From the NCBI GenBank assembly GCA_000004985.1, contig GG738882.1: a DNA stretch of 64,000 nucleotides; one strand, 5' to 3'. Position 1 is the first letter of the stretch; every line of letters begins with the position of its first letter. Of this stretch, positions 34,585 through 44,611 are shown piece by piece. The stretch comes from Naegleria gruberi. Its lineage: Eukaryota. The translations under genes were made by a program, and so were the position numbers. The notes beneath the pieces were generated by a model. That model had not been told where the DNA came from. It saw only the letters and a program-made list of their open reading frames with translations, and ran no database searches.

Positions 34585-36273
34585 TTAAGGAGTAACTCTG
34601 TTTGGATCTCTTGGGAACATTGATGTCTTTCTAACGTTACCCAAACCAAGATACAACATGACAATTCTTTCCAAACCAATACCGCAACCAGCGTGTGGCC
34701 AAGCTCCGTATTTGAAAGCATCAACATAAGGTTGAATTGGAGTCAAATCGACACCCTTTTCATTAGCAACCTTTTGCAAAAGTTCTGGATCGTGGATACG
34801 TTGAGCACCTGATGAGATTTCTTCACCACGCAAATAAATATCGTAAGAGTTGGACAAAGTTGGGTCTTCTGGACATGGCATTGTGTAGAATGGACGCAAT
34901 TTCATTGGGAATTTATCAACCATGAAGAAGTCAGTGTTATACTTTTCCTTGATAATTTCACCCAACATTCTTTCTTGGGATGAGTTAATATCTTCATCGC
35001 TAGCAAGTCCTAAATTGTGCTTTTCGTTAAGCAAAGCAATAGCTTCGGAATATGGCATTCTGAGGTTAGTTTTTTGGTTATAAGTGATAGATTCGAATGG
35101 ATATTGAGCTCTGATAATTTCCAATTCCTTAGCAAATTCAGTTTCAAGACGATTGAAAATGTAAATGAACATCTTGTCAATAACTTCCAAAGCTTCAGTG
35201 TAGTGAGACTTGATAGCCATTTCAAGATCCAAACCAACGAATTCAGTCAAGTGACGATGGGTGAAACTCTTTTCAGCTCTGAAAACTGGACCAATTTCGA
35301 AAACTCTTTCCAAATCACCAATGATAGCCATTTGCTTGTACAATTGTGGTGATTGAGCCAAATAAGCAGCTCCGTTGAAGTATCCGACCTTGAAAACGTC
35401 AGCACCACCTTCGGAGGCAGTAGCGATCAACTTTGGAGTGTGAATTTCAGTAAAGTCCAAAGTGTAGAGGAATTCTCTAAAGTATCTACCCATAGCAGAT
35501 TGAATCTTGAAAATAGCCAATTGTGCAGGAGCTCTCATATCAATAACACGGTTATCCAAACGATGCTTTTGACCAACAGCCTTTGGTGCATTTTCATCAC
35601 CTTCCTTTTCTTCTTCCAATTCAGCCATGTTAGCCTTCATTTGTTCTTCCTTGGTTTCAACTCTCATACAGTCTTCAATTTGAATTGGCAAACCAGCAGC
35701 CGATGAAATACAATAGATCTTTTTAATCTTGATTTCAACATCTTGTTGAGTAGCCTTTTCAACCTTTTGTTCAACTTTAACAATAGTACCGACGAGTTGA
35801 ATAACAGATTCCTTGCTGAGTTTTTGAGCATATTTAGCCATAGCAGCTTCCTCTTCGTTTTCGGCAAAGAGAGTAGCTTGAACAGAGAAACATCCTTCTC
35901 TCAAAGTGATGAAGCAAGCTTTACCCTTACCGGTAACGTTGTGAATTCTAGATCTAACGGTAACGACACTTCCTTCCTTTGAAGCATCCAAATCTCTAAT
36001 TCTATCAAAAGTAATTTCAGTCTTGAAAGTAGATCTAATAATTGGAACGTGACCAAAGTTTTTAGATTGTTGCAAAAATTCTTCTTCGGTAAGTTCGACA
36101 ACTTGAGCCTTGAGAGCAGCCTTTTGTTGTTCTTCTCTCTTCAATTGTCTTTGTCTCTTCTTTTCATCTTGTTCCCTCTTGGCTTGTTCCTTGAGAGCCT
36201 TCTTTTCCTCAGGTGTAAGCTTTTTAGTTTCTTCGGTAGAGGCAGCGACTGGTGTTTCAGTTGGTTCAGACAT
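34585..36273 (-). CDS. DARS: Aspartyl-tRNA synthetase, cytoplasmic (class IIb)
   Basis: Anticodon-binding OB fold. Class II motifs FRAEKSFTHRHLTEFVGLDLEMA, ...GGADVFKV, and the C-terminus GAWPHAGCGIGLERIVMLYLGLGNVRKTSMFPRDPNRVTP. K/E-rich eukaryotic N-terminal extension. Confidence 0.9.
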   Translation of the reverse strand: MSEPTETPVAASTEETKKLTPEEKKALKEQAKREQDEKKRQRQLKREEQQKAALKAQVVELTEEEFLQQSKNFGHVPIIRSTFKTEITFDRIRDLDASKEGSVVTVRSRIHNVTGKGKACFITLREGCFSVQATLFAENEEEAAMAKYAQKLSKESVIQLVGTIVKVEQKVEKATQQDVEIKIKKIYCISSAAGLPIQIEDCMRVETKEEQMKANMAELEEEKEGDENAPKAVGQKHRLDNRVIDMRAPAQLAIFKIQSAMGRYFREFLYTLDFTEIHTPKLIATASEGGADVFKVGYFNGAAYLAQSPQLYKQMAIIGDLERVFEIGPVFRAEKSFTHRHLTEFVGLDLEMAIKSHYTEALEVIDKMFIYIFNRLETEFAKELEIIRAQYPFESITYNQKTNLRMPYSEAIALLNEKHNLGLASDEDINSSQERMLGEIIKEKYNTDFFMVDKFPMKLRPFYTMPCPEDPTLSNSYDIYLRGEEISSGAQRIHDPELLQKVANEKGVDLTPIQPYVDAFKYGAWPHAGCGIGLERIVMLYLGLGNVRKTSMFPRDPNRVTP

Positions 36274-36635
36274 TTTTTTTTCGAATTTCTCTAAATATTT
36301 TTTTTAATGTTTTATTTTATTTTGGTTCATAGCACAGGCCTTTTATTGTAGATTTATTGAGAATGAGTACAGTAAGCAAAAAGGTTCTCCACAAGAGTGT
36401 TGTGAGATTCTTCGATCGGGTTTTCTAACATGCATTGGGTGGATGATATGAAGGAAACACAATCAAAATTCTTGGAAAATCTATTTTTGAATGTGCTTTT
36501 TCGATATTGTAAAGATGGTTAGTTTTTGGAAAATGAATGAATTTTGATTGATTCAATTTGATTGTGCTGTTACATTTTCTGTATTCATCTGTAAGGTGAC
36601 GATTCTTTCAATTATTAGTATTATGTTTCCATTCG

Positions 36636-38744
36636 TTAATCCTTTTGTTGTAATAGCATATGAGTCAACTTTGATAAATGGTGAGAATCAAGATTCAAGA
36701 AAACGTTTCCTTCTGATGCTCTTTTATGCTCATTGTATCCTTTTGGAAAGAAAAAGTCTTCTGCTGTTGGAGGAACATCTAACAGGACTGAATGCAATTT
36801 TTGATTTCTGACTCCTTCCAAGTGACACGTTCCTAATGGCTTAATAGTACACACTTCTTCCAAGATGGTGGCTGTATTACCATCACAAACAATGGACCCT
36901 TTCAAATGGTCATTGGCATAGTTACAGAATGAAATGGAACGCTTTATCAACTCTCCAAATAGTCCATATTCTCTTCGAAAGTCAGATCCAACACTTCCTC
37001 TAAAACTGTATCCAGTTGCATATCCAATTCCTGTAAATTGTAATTGTTCTCTTTCCACAATTTCTCTCATACATTGAATCACTAGCGATGGATTTTCCTC
37101 AGCAATATGTCTCTCGAAGGTATACACAAACATGACACAATCCTTCTCGTAGAACAAGTCATGGAACGTGGCATTATATTGCTCTATAATTTCTTGTACT
37201 GAGGTTACAATCTTATTCTTAACGGTTAAATCATGTTCTGGAATGCTCGACCCAAATAGAGATGCCTTAATTGAATGTGTACACACCACCAATTCCACAA
37301 CTGAATTCATTGACTCGATTGTTTTAGTTTCAATTCCATAAAGTAAATTCTTATTCAAAAAGAGAAGAATTGCCTGTGAGAAGGAACAATGAAATGTTAT
37401 CGAAGCAAGTGGATGATGATCAATATCTTTAGTAACGTGAGTTACTAAAAAGAGATTCCCTGGTTCCTCACTCGCCACTAAGGATTGTTTACACTTGTTA
37501 TAGGCATCCTTGGTAATGAAGACTAATCCTTCCTTACAATCCTTCAGACGTTTCCTTGTTTGATAAACAACTTGGCCTCCAAACATTCTCATCCAATGAT
37601 TTCCAAAACCACCCAAATGATACGATAAGGAATCTCCAACACCTATCAAACATTTAATTTCCAAAGGTGCACTTTCACTAATACACTTGTAGGTCTTTAA
37701 ATTGGCCAATGATTGAATCCTGAATGCACATTGAATGGCAGAAAGAATTGAATCAGTGAATGAGCGATCCACTCTAGGTGAAAAGAATTGACACACCAAA
37801 AGATCAGCCTCAAATTTCTCAATATCACCCCCCATGTCATGAATGATCGCAATTAACGTAGTGTACATGTAATAAATATATCTGGAAATTTCCGCAACAT
37901 CACAATTTGTTGAACAATCATAGAAAGAGTCCACAACTTTTGAAAATCCCTTCATTTCAATCACCAGGATGCAAGTCTCATTCCCAAATTCACTCAATGG
38001 AAGTACTTGCTTGATCCTATCCTCTTCCTGTTGTGCTGCAGAGACTACTGGTTTTGCAGCTTTTGTCTTATTATTCCTATTACCACCTGAACGGTTGGTT
38101 CTCATCGTGTTGGTTGTTGATGTGGAGAGTCTTCTCTTGAAGATTGAAGCTATTTTCCCATTATTATGTGCATGGGAATCTTGATAGTGAGAAGAGTAGT
38201 CGGTATTTACAGAGACAAAGGCAGACCACTTGCTTTCATTATCTACAAGACAACTTCCATCGTTGTGTGAAAAACTTTGTGGAAGAGGAGTGGCTAGCTT
38301 TTTCTTATATTGCTTCCCCTCACCTCCATAATAAATATATCTCAAACAGAAGAGCAAATGTTGTGGGAGGTAAGAACAACACAATTCCAAATTCACTTCC
38401 TCTTGAGATTTTCCTTGTGGAGTTTGGGGAAAACCAATCCAGCTCACACGAAGGCCAGGAATTCTAAATGATGATACCTTCTTTGCCCTCAGATCCAAAG
38501 TTTCAATTTCAGATGACACAGAATTCTCTCGTGATTGCTTCTTTCCGAATTGAAACCTGGCAGAATTTGCAAGAGAATTATCATTCTGATGATATACATT
38601 TTCCACACCTCCCCTTTGAGAACCGACCATGCCATTACCATTGGTGTTTAAAGTTGTGCTGGTGGTATTGCTCTGATGACGACGATAAGAGCTTGGCTCA
38701 CTGTGTAGTAGTACCTCAAAGTGAGAACTACATCCAGCTCCCAT
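36636..38744 (-). CDS. Soluble-type tandem class III adenylyl/guanylyl-cyclase-homology-domain protein with N-terminal myristoylation/palmitoylation motif (MGAGCSS)
   Basis: Domain 1: CILVIEMKGFSKVV...GGDIEKFEADLLVCQF...IKCLIGVGDSLSYHLGG. Domain 2: ASITFHCSFSQ...YEKDCVMFVY...GIGYATGYSFRGSVGS...GSIVCDG. The order matches the paired CHD arrangement of sAC-like enzymes. An N-terminal Gly2/Cys5 context precedes a long Ser/Asn-rich linker. Confidence 0.5.
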   Translation of the reverse strand: MGAGCSSHFEVLLHSEPSSYRRHQSNTTSTTLNTNGNGMVGSQRGGVENVYHQNDNSLANSARFQFGKKQSRENSVSSEIETLDLRAKKVSSFRIPGLRVSWIGFPQTPQGKSQEEVNLELCCSYLPQHLLFCLRYIYYGGEGKQYKKKLATPLPQSFSHNDGSCLVDNESKWSAFVSVNTDYSSHYQDSHAHNNGKIASIFKRRLSTSTTNTMRTNRSGGNRNNKTKAAKPVVSAAQQEEDRIKQVLPLSEFGNETCILVIEMKGFSKVVDSFYDCSTNCDVAEISRYIYYMYTTLIAIIHDMGGDIEKFEADLLVCQFFSPRVDRSFTDSILSAIQCAFRIQSLANLKTYKCISESAPLEIKCLIGVGDSLSYHLGGFGNHWMRMFGGQVVYQTRKRLKDCKEGLVFITKDAYNKCKQSLVASEEPGNLFLVTHVTKDIDHHPLASITFHCSFSQAILLFLNKNLLYGIETKTIESMNSVVELVVCTHSIKASLFGSSIPEHDLTVKNKIVTSVQEIIEQYNATFHDLFYEKDCVMFVYTFERHIAEENPSLVIQCMREIVEREQLQFTGIGYATGYSFRGSVGSDFRREYGLFGELIKRSISFCNYANDHLKGSIVCDGNTATILEEVCTIKPLGTCHLEGVRNQKLHSVLLDVPPTAEDFFFPKGYNEHKRASEGNVFLNLDSHHLSKLTHMLLQQKD

Positions 38745-39427
38745 TTTAATTTAATGTGTTCACTCACACCACTCAAAGAAATCAAATTTTGGGGAGAGCC
38801 TCTTAATCTAACGCGTGCTGCTTGGGTGTATTAAGGAAGAGGAGATGGGGTGTGAAAACAACTATCATTCTTGGAAAAATTGTTTTCAGCTGTGATAAAA
38901 GAGGAAATTTGAATGTCTTTCGAGGGAGTTAGGTCCAAAGTTCGTGCGTTAATGGTCCCTTGTTTGGAAGTCTGATACTAATTGTTTGTTGAGGCACCAT
39001 CATTTGGATAACTTTGCCTTAATTCATGTAGATATCTCTCAGTCCTTAATTTTAACAAATAAACGCTTCAAATAAAAGTGGAAAATTCAGCAACATTCCT
39101 TTTATCGTATGTTGATGGATTTGTGATGGTCAATCTGGAAAATAGTTCAATGATTTAAGATGAAAAAGATGAAAGTGATTTTATACAATGAGAATATTAA
39201 GGTGTGCACTTTAAGAATCCAAGCATATGGAAATCAATTTGCCTCAAAAGAGTCAGAAATTTCAGCTTCATATTAAGAATCTTTGAGAATGATATCTTGT
39301 AATTAACATTTTTAGAGCGGCACTGTTTTTGGAGTATCTGTTGCCAATTTAATTCAAGGGTCACCCCCTTTGGATCTTTTTAGCACAATTCTAATATTGT
39401 ATGCTTTGCATTCCATTATAATTCCTT

Positions 39428-40618
39428 TCACTCGAATGAAAATGATGGTGGTAGTGCTTCTCGAATTGAAATATGTCCATTCTCACTCAAATCCAAAAAC
39501 ACAATGTTTCTAAGGCAATTGCTTTTTGCCAACATGTTAGCACCTTCGTCGTTGATGTAATTCTGTGAAAGGAACAGCAATTTCAAATTGGAAAGGTTTT
39601 GACTATGTGCCAAGTGCTTTACACCCTCATTTCCAATCTTGTTATAATCTAACAAGAGTGTATGAAGAGATTTGAGTTGATTGCAATTGGATAAATGCCT
39701 AACACCTTCATTTCCAATCAGATTCCGCGCTAAGTTGAGTTCAGTAAGATTTGAGAGAGGATTTGAACAGAGAGATTGAATACAATCCGAGTTGAGATGA
39801 AGATTTTCTAAATCCAAGTGAGTGAGATGTGAAGATTTCATTCCATTGAAATAGAAATGATCTGTACTGCTATTCGAAATGGCACGATTGAATCCAATTT
39901 TTAGAGTTGATAAATTCAAATTCTTGCTCATAGATATCATTGATAGTCCTTCATTCGACATTCCATTACCAGAGACATCTAAATAGACAAGTTTGTAATC
40001 CAATCTCATCTCTGAAAAGTTTTTTCTTATCGAATCTAAACTCAACTTGTTTTGTCCCAAATACAGACTTGTTAGATTTGGAAACTTGGACAAGTCAATA
40101 TTGGTAATGGAATTTCCTCTCAATTTCAATGTTTTCAATGAGAGTGCCAACTTGGATTGTTGCATCTTTTCAATGCATTCATCATCAATTCCACAATCAC
40201 AAGCAGTCAACTCGGCTAACTTTCTCAAATGATCAGAACAAGAAATTATTTGGAGAATCAATTCTTTAAATTCTCCAATTACTAGTTCAATTTTTTCCAA
40301 ATAGCAAATTTTCGAATGATGAGAAAATAAACCTTTCAAATCATCAATTCTATTCAAATAATTCTCAGGTTGCACATTGATTGAATTAATACGAAAGGGA
40401 ATTAATCTAAATAATTTGCATTTTGTTTTTGATTGAATCGAATAGTGAATGGGAATAATTTGACATGTTTCTCTCCACTGTCTACATACAGTAGAACATT
40501 GTACAATCCTCTCCTGCTCATCCACAAATTGCAATATTTGATAAATCATATCGGGATACAATAATTGACTCGTGGACATTTTTTTTAATATAATTAAATT
40601 TAGCTTATTTAATCCCAA
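39428..40618 (-). CDS. F-box / RNI-like leucine-rich-repeat protein
   Basis: F-box-like N-terminus (LLYPDMIYQILQFVDEQERIVQCSTVCRQWRE) and then about 10 LRR_6-type repeats (LxxLxLxxNxIGNEGVKHLAHSQ...). Confidence 0.6.
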   Translation of the reverse strand: MGLNKLNLIILKKMSTSQLLYPDMIYQILQFVDEQERIVQCSTVCRQWRETCQIIPIHYSIQSKTKCKLFRLIPFRINSINVQPENYLNRIDDLKGLFSHHSKICYLEKIELVIGEFKELILQIISCSDHLRKLAELTACDCGIDDECIEKMQQSKLALSLKTLKLRGNSITNIDLSKFPNLTSLYLGQNKLSLDSIRKNFSEMRLDYKLVYLDVSGNGMSNEGLSMISMSKNLNLSTLKIGFNRAISNSSTDHFYFNGMKSSHLTHLDLENLHLNSDCIQSLCSNPLSNLTELNLARNLIGNEGVRHLSNCNQLKSLHTLLLDYNKIGNEGVKHLAHSQNLSNLKLLFLSQNYINDEGANMLAKSNCLRNIVFLDLSENGHISIREALPPSFSFE

Positions 40619-40767
40619 TCAACTCACCATTAAGAAACCTCACTATAATATTAAATACATCATACCATGAAATAAAACTACTTCTTAATCTTCTTGCAAC
40701 ATTTTTTAAAATTTCCAATTTGCCTCCAACAATCAAATTCACTAAAAAAGAACTCTATTAGAAAAAA

Positions 40768-41940
40768 ATGAGTACACCAACAGATCGTCAAACTGCAGTC
40801 ACAACCCCACCTAATCAAGCACCAAAGAAGAGACAAACACAACTCTCTGCTGGTAGTAGTGGCAGTGCTGATCATGCTAATATTGATCAACTCTTGACAA
40901 AGGGAAGTATTGGAGAGGATTTGACAAATATTTGGTCCGAAAGAGATTTACACGGACATTCTGTTCTTCACGTGGCTAGTTTTGTAGGAGTGAATAATGA
41001 ATTGTTTGATAGAATTTTACAATCGGTAAAGGATCAATCAACATTGAAGGAAATTTGTAATTTGAAAAGTAGTGATGAGAAGACTGCCTTGTCTATTGCC
41101 TGTGAAAGAGGCCATTTGGAAATTGTAAAAAAGTTGTACGACTTGACAGACTCATCAAATGATTTATATTCACCAATTCATATTGCTGCTATGAATGGTC
41201 ATACTAATGTTGTAGAATATCTTGTTCGTGAAAAGAATGTTGATGTAAATAGCTTAATGAACATCTATGGATTTACTCCATTGCACCTTGCAGCACAATA
41301 TGGAAGAGTGGAAATGGTTTATTATTTGATCGATGAACTCGGAGCAAAGAAGGATATTGCCTGTACCACTGAAGGAATGCTTCCTATTCACACTGCTATT
41401 TTGAATAATAATGTGGAAGTTTTGAAGGCATTAGTTCATATTCACTCAAAGGAACACGAAGTTTCCACTGTTAAATATTATGAAAGATTATCCAACGATC
41501 ACATACATATTAATCCACTTCTTTTGGCTATTGCCAACTCACATTCAGAAGAGGAAGGTGTCACACCAGAGACCTTGAAGGCATCTGCTGAAATGGTTAA
41601 ATTTTTAGTTAATGAATTGGATGCTGACTATTCACTTTCTGGAAATAATGGAATTTCTGCTCTCCATATGGCCTCAGAAGTTGGTAATTGTGATCTCATT
41701 AACTTCTTTGTAACTGAAAAGAAGGAAAAAGTTGATCAAGTTTGTGACATTACTGAAGATACACCACTCTATCTTGCTGTTATTAATTGTCACCTTGATG
41801 CTGTCAAATTACTCGTCTCGCTTGGTGCTGATATTAATGCAAAGAATAGAAGAGGTAACTCACCACTCTCCATTGCTCAAGAATTATCATCCAAACATGA
41901 GAAATTCCAAAACATTAACCAATTTCTTTCTTCTCAATAA
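40768..41940 (+). CDS. Ankyrin-repeat protein
   Basis: About 8 ANK repeats (GHSVLHVASFVGVNNELFDRIL..., SPIHIAAMNGHTNVVEYLV, TPLHLAAQYGRVEMVYYLI, LPIHTAILNNNVEVLKALV, TPLYLAVINCHLDAVKLLVSLGADINAKN). Confidence 0.75.
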   Translation: MSTPTDRQTAVTTPPNQAPKKRQTQLSAGSSGSADHANIDQLLTKGSIGEDLTNIWSERDLHGHSVLHVASFVGVNNELFDRILQSVKDQSTLKEICNLKSSDEKTALSIACERGHLEIVKKLYDLTDSSNDLYSPIHIAAMNGHTNVVEYLVREKNVDVNSLMNIYGFTPLHLAAQYGRVEMVYYLIDELGAKKDIACTTEGMLPIHTAILNNNVEVLKALVHIHSKEHEVSTVKYYERLSNDHIHINPLLLAIANSHSEEEGVTPETLKASAEMVKFLVNELDADYSLSGNNGISALHMASEVGNCDLINFFVTEKKEKVDQVCDITEDTPLYLAVINCHLDAVKLLVSLGADINAKNRRGNSPLSIAQELSSKHEKFQNINQFLSSQ

Positions 41941-42067
41941 TAAATTTCCAACTCTAAAATCTTCTTCAGAGAATCTAGTGATTTTATTATTGGTGTCTTT
42001 TTTGAATTAAATAATAATTAAAAACTATTCCATTCATTTTAAATTCCTAAAAATAAATATCAAAAAA

Positions 42068-44428
42068 ATGAAGCTTTATGCTCTTGGTGAAGGATGTCAC
42101 ATACTCACCTTTAAAAATACAACTGTGATGCTTGATTGTGCATTGGATTGGGGTAATCAGACTAGCAGTTGGGATTTTGTAAAGCGGAATGTTATTCAAA
42201 ATGATCCATCATCAGGAACAAAATCAATGCTAAATTTATTGAATAGAACAAACCGATTGAATGTAAACTCTCTTTCATCATCATCAACTAAAATTACACA
42301 ACAAGATTTACAACCTCCATCAATAGTTTTTAAAGCTCCGAATTTTCATAAAATTGATGCCTCACAAATAGATTTAATCCTCATCACAAATCCACATAAT
42401 TTATTAGCTCTACCATTCTTATATCAGCATTTAAAGGAAATTGCTAAGGATCAAAATTCAGACAAGGTCAAAATGCCTACTATTTATGCCACCGAACCAA
42501 CAGTACAACTCGGAAAGAAAATGATGCAAGAATTAATTGCCTATGTGAAACAAAGTGAACATTTGGAATTATCTAGAGCAAGTCAAATATTCAAACCGGA
42601 GGAAAATATTTTCATGAACAAATTATCACCACTCTTATCCGAAAAGTTTATTTATTCTAATGATGATGTATTAAGAGTTGTAGAGTCAATGAAGAGTGTC
42701 AGTTATCAGGAAAGAGTTGCAGTATTTGGTGGAGTATTCGAAATATCTGCACTCAGTAGTGGTTACAGTCTAGGATATTGTAATTGGTTAATTAGAACAG
42801 AATATGAGAAAATATTTTATGTTAGTCATAGTAGTAGATCTGGAGTTCAAGTACGTCATCCTGCAGAAATGGATCTCTCAACTGTGACATCTATCGTGCA
42901 GGCCCCTGGATCATCATCTGGAACTGTAGCAACAATTCAATCAGGAGTCAGTGGATCTATGGTAAATACTGTCATGATTGTATCAAATATTTGTCCAAAG
43001 AGTGACAGAAACTTACAATATTTTGAGCAAGTATATCAACAACTTGCCTCAACACTAGGACCAATATCTAAGAGTCAATTATATGCTATCGATACTGAAA
43101 ATATCAAAATTGTAAAACCATTATGTCATTACTATCCAGAAGCAACTTTAAATGATATTTGTAGAATAATAGGAAAAACTATTGAATCAGGAGGAGATGT
43201 TCTCATTCCTTGCCATACTACTGGGCTTATTTATGATTTGATTGACTTTTTATCTACATTCTTCAACTCTGTACATTTGGGTAATACTCTCATTTATTTA
43301 GTATCACCAGTGGCAGATCATGCTATTCAATATGCTAACATCAGCGCTGAATGGTTGTGTGACTCAAAAATGGATAAAACTCTGACAGCAGAAAGTCCAT
43401 TTGCCCACGTCAATTTGCTTCAAAACAAATCCTTAGTAGTTTTTGATAGTGTAAACTCTAAATTTATGAGTTATTATCAGAGTCACAGAGTTTCCAATCC
43501 GTGTGTTATTTTTGCTGGTCATCCTTCTTTGAGAATGGGAGATATTCTCCAACTCATTCCAATCTTCCAAAGAAATAGCAACAATGCCATGATAATGATT
43601 GAACCAGAATATTCCTTCCTCGATACAATTGAACCATTTTTACCTCCACCTGGACAGCAATCAATGAAGTTTATTCATTGCCCTATTGATCTTCGTTTGA
43701 AAAATTCAGATGTTGTACACATGGTAAAACAAGTAGCTCCTCAACATTTGATTTTGACCAATGTTGCTGTAGACATTCCACCTTATAACCTGAAGAATTG
43801 TTCACCAAGTACAGAATTACAAATTGCTTTGAATAGCTACTCTGCTTCAACTGCCAGTACCCTCTTGAACAGTTTGGATATGCGAACAATTTCTAAGTTT
43901 GTTTCAGAAAAGATTCATACAATTTCCACTCCTGGCTCAAGTATAAGATATGGCATTGATGGTGATGATATTCTCTCAATCAAGAGACATCACATGAAGA
44001 GGAAATACGAAATGGCAACTCTCTCACACAACCTTGCTCAAACCATTTATCCAAAGGTAGTTAAGGGTGTTTACGTCTCACGTGTCTCTGCTGAATTAAC
44101 ATCTAAGGATGGAAAACATATATTGGATGTGACATCAGAAGATGATTCACAATCTGAAGAATCATCCTCCAAGAAGAGAAAACACGATAAGGATCTAATG
44201 GTATTTGGTGACATTAGTGTGGAGAAAATTGTTAAACATTTACAAGTTGAAGGATTTGATAATATCACAGTACTGACATCTCCAACAGATTATGGTACCT
44301 ACACAATCGTCATTCCACAACTTGGTAAAATTATCTTTAACGCAGAAGACACCACCATTGAGACACAGGACGAGACCTCACGTCAGTACCTCAAAGAGGT
44401 CCTCATGCAAAATTTGTACATGTTGTAA
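42068..44428 (+). CDS. INTS9: Integrator complex subunit 9 (beta-CASP / metallo-beta-lactamase fold, catalytically degenerate)
   Basis: MKLYALGEGCHILTFKNTTVMLDCALD (INTS9 [31 protein letters not shown]). IDLILITNPHNLLALPFLYQ...IYATEPTVQLGKKMMQEL ([20 protein letters not shown]...VYATEPTVQIGRLLMEEL). VAVFGGVFEISALSSGYSLGYCNWLIRTEYEKIFYVSHSS ([39 protein letters not shown]). The HxHxDH motif is degenerate, as in INTS9. Confidence 0.85.
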   Translation: MKLYALGEGCHILTFKNTTVMLDCALDWGNQTSSWDFVKRNVIQNDPSSGTKSMLNLLNRTNRLNVNSLSSSSTKITQQDLQPPSIVFKAPNFHKIDASQIDLILITNPHNLLALPFLYQHLKEIAKDQNSDKVKMPTIYATEPTVQLGKKMMQELIAYVKQSEHLELSRASQIFKPEENIFMNKLSPLLSEKFIYSNDDVLRVVESMKSVSYQERVAVFGGVFEISALSSGYSLGYCNWLIRTEYEKIFYVSHSSRSGVQVRHPAEMDLSTVTSIVQAPGSSSGTVATIQSGVSGSMVNTVMIVSNICPKSDRNLQYFEQVYQQLASTLGPISKSQLYAIDTENIKIVKPLCHYYPEATLNDICRIIGKTIESGGDVLIPCHTTGLIYDLIDFLSTFFNSVHLGNTLIYLVSPVADHAIQYANISAEWLCDSKMDKTLTAESPFAHVNLLQNKSLVVFDSVNSKFMSYYQSHRVSNPCVIFAGHPSLRMGDILQLIPIFQRNSNNAMIMIEPEYSFLDTIEPFLPPPGQQSMKFIHCPIDLRLKNSDVVHMVKQVAPQHLILTNVAVDIPPYNLKNCSPSTELQIALNSYSASTASTLLNSLDMRTISKFVSEKIHTISTPGSSIRYGIDGDDILSIKRHHMKRKYEMATLSHNLAQTIYPKVVKGVYVSRVSAELTSKDGKHILDVTSEDDSQSEESSSKKRKHDKDLMVFGDISVEKIVKHLQVEGFDNITVLTSPTDYGTYTIVIPQLGKIIFNAEDTTIETQDETSRQYLKEVLMQNLYML

Positions 44429-44611
44429 ATACTATCAAGTATAATAATAATATTTTATACAATCATCATTAAACATTACCTTCTTTCAAATTCTTAATAT
44501 CTTTTCACATGTTACAGTTGACACGTTCTCTCCTTCCAAATAATTCGAGTCCCAATTAAATATCTGAGCAGATTTTTACAATGAATTTTCATTTGCAACG
44601 AATTTAAAAAA

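Noticed and set aside
39300-39380. Possible snRNA-like element (…CTGTTTTTGGAG… Sm-site-like, ending in a T-run) upstream of the LRR gene
   Set aside because: No recognisable U1/U2/U4/U5/U6 conserved boxes. This needs covariance-model scanning and is not reported as a feature.
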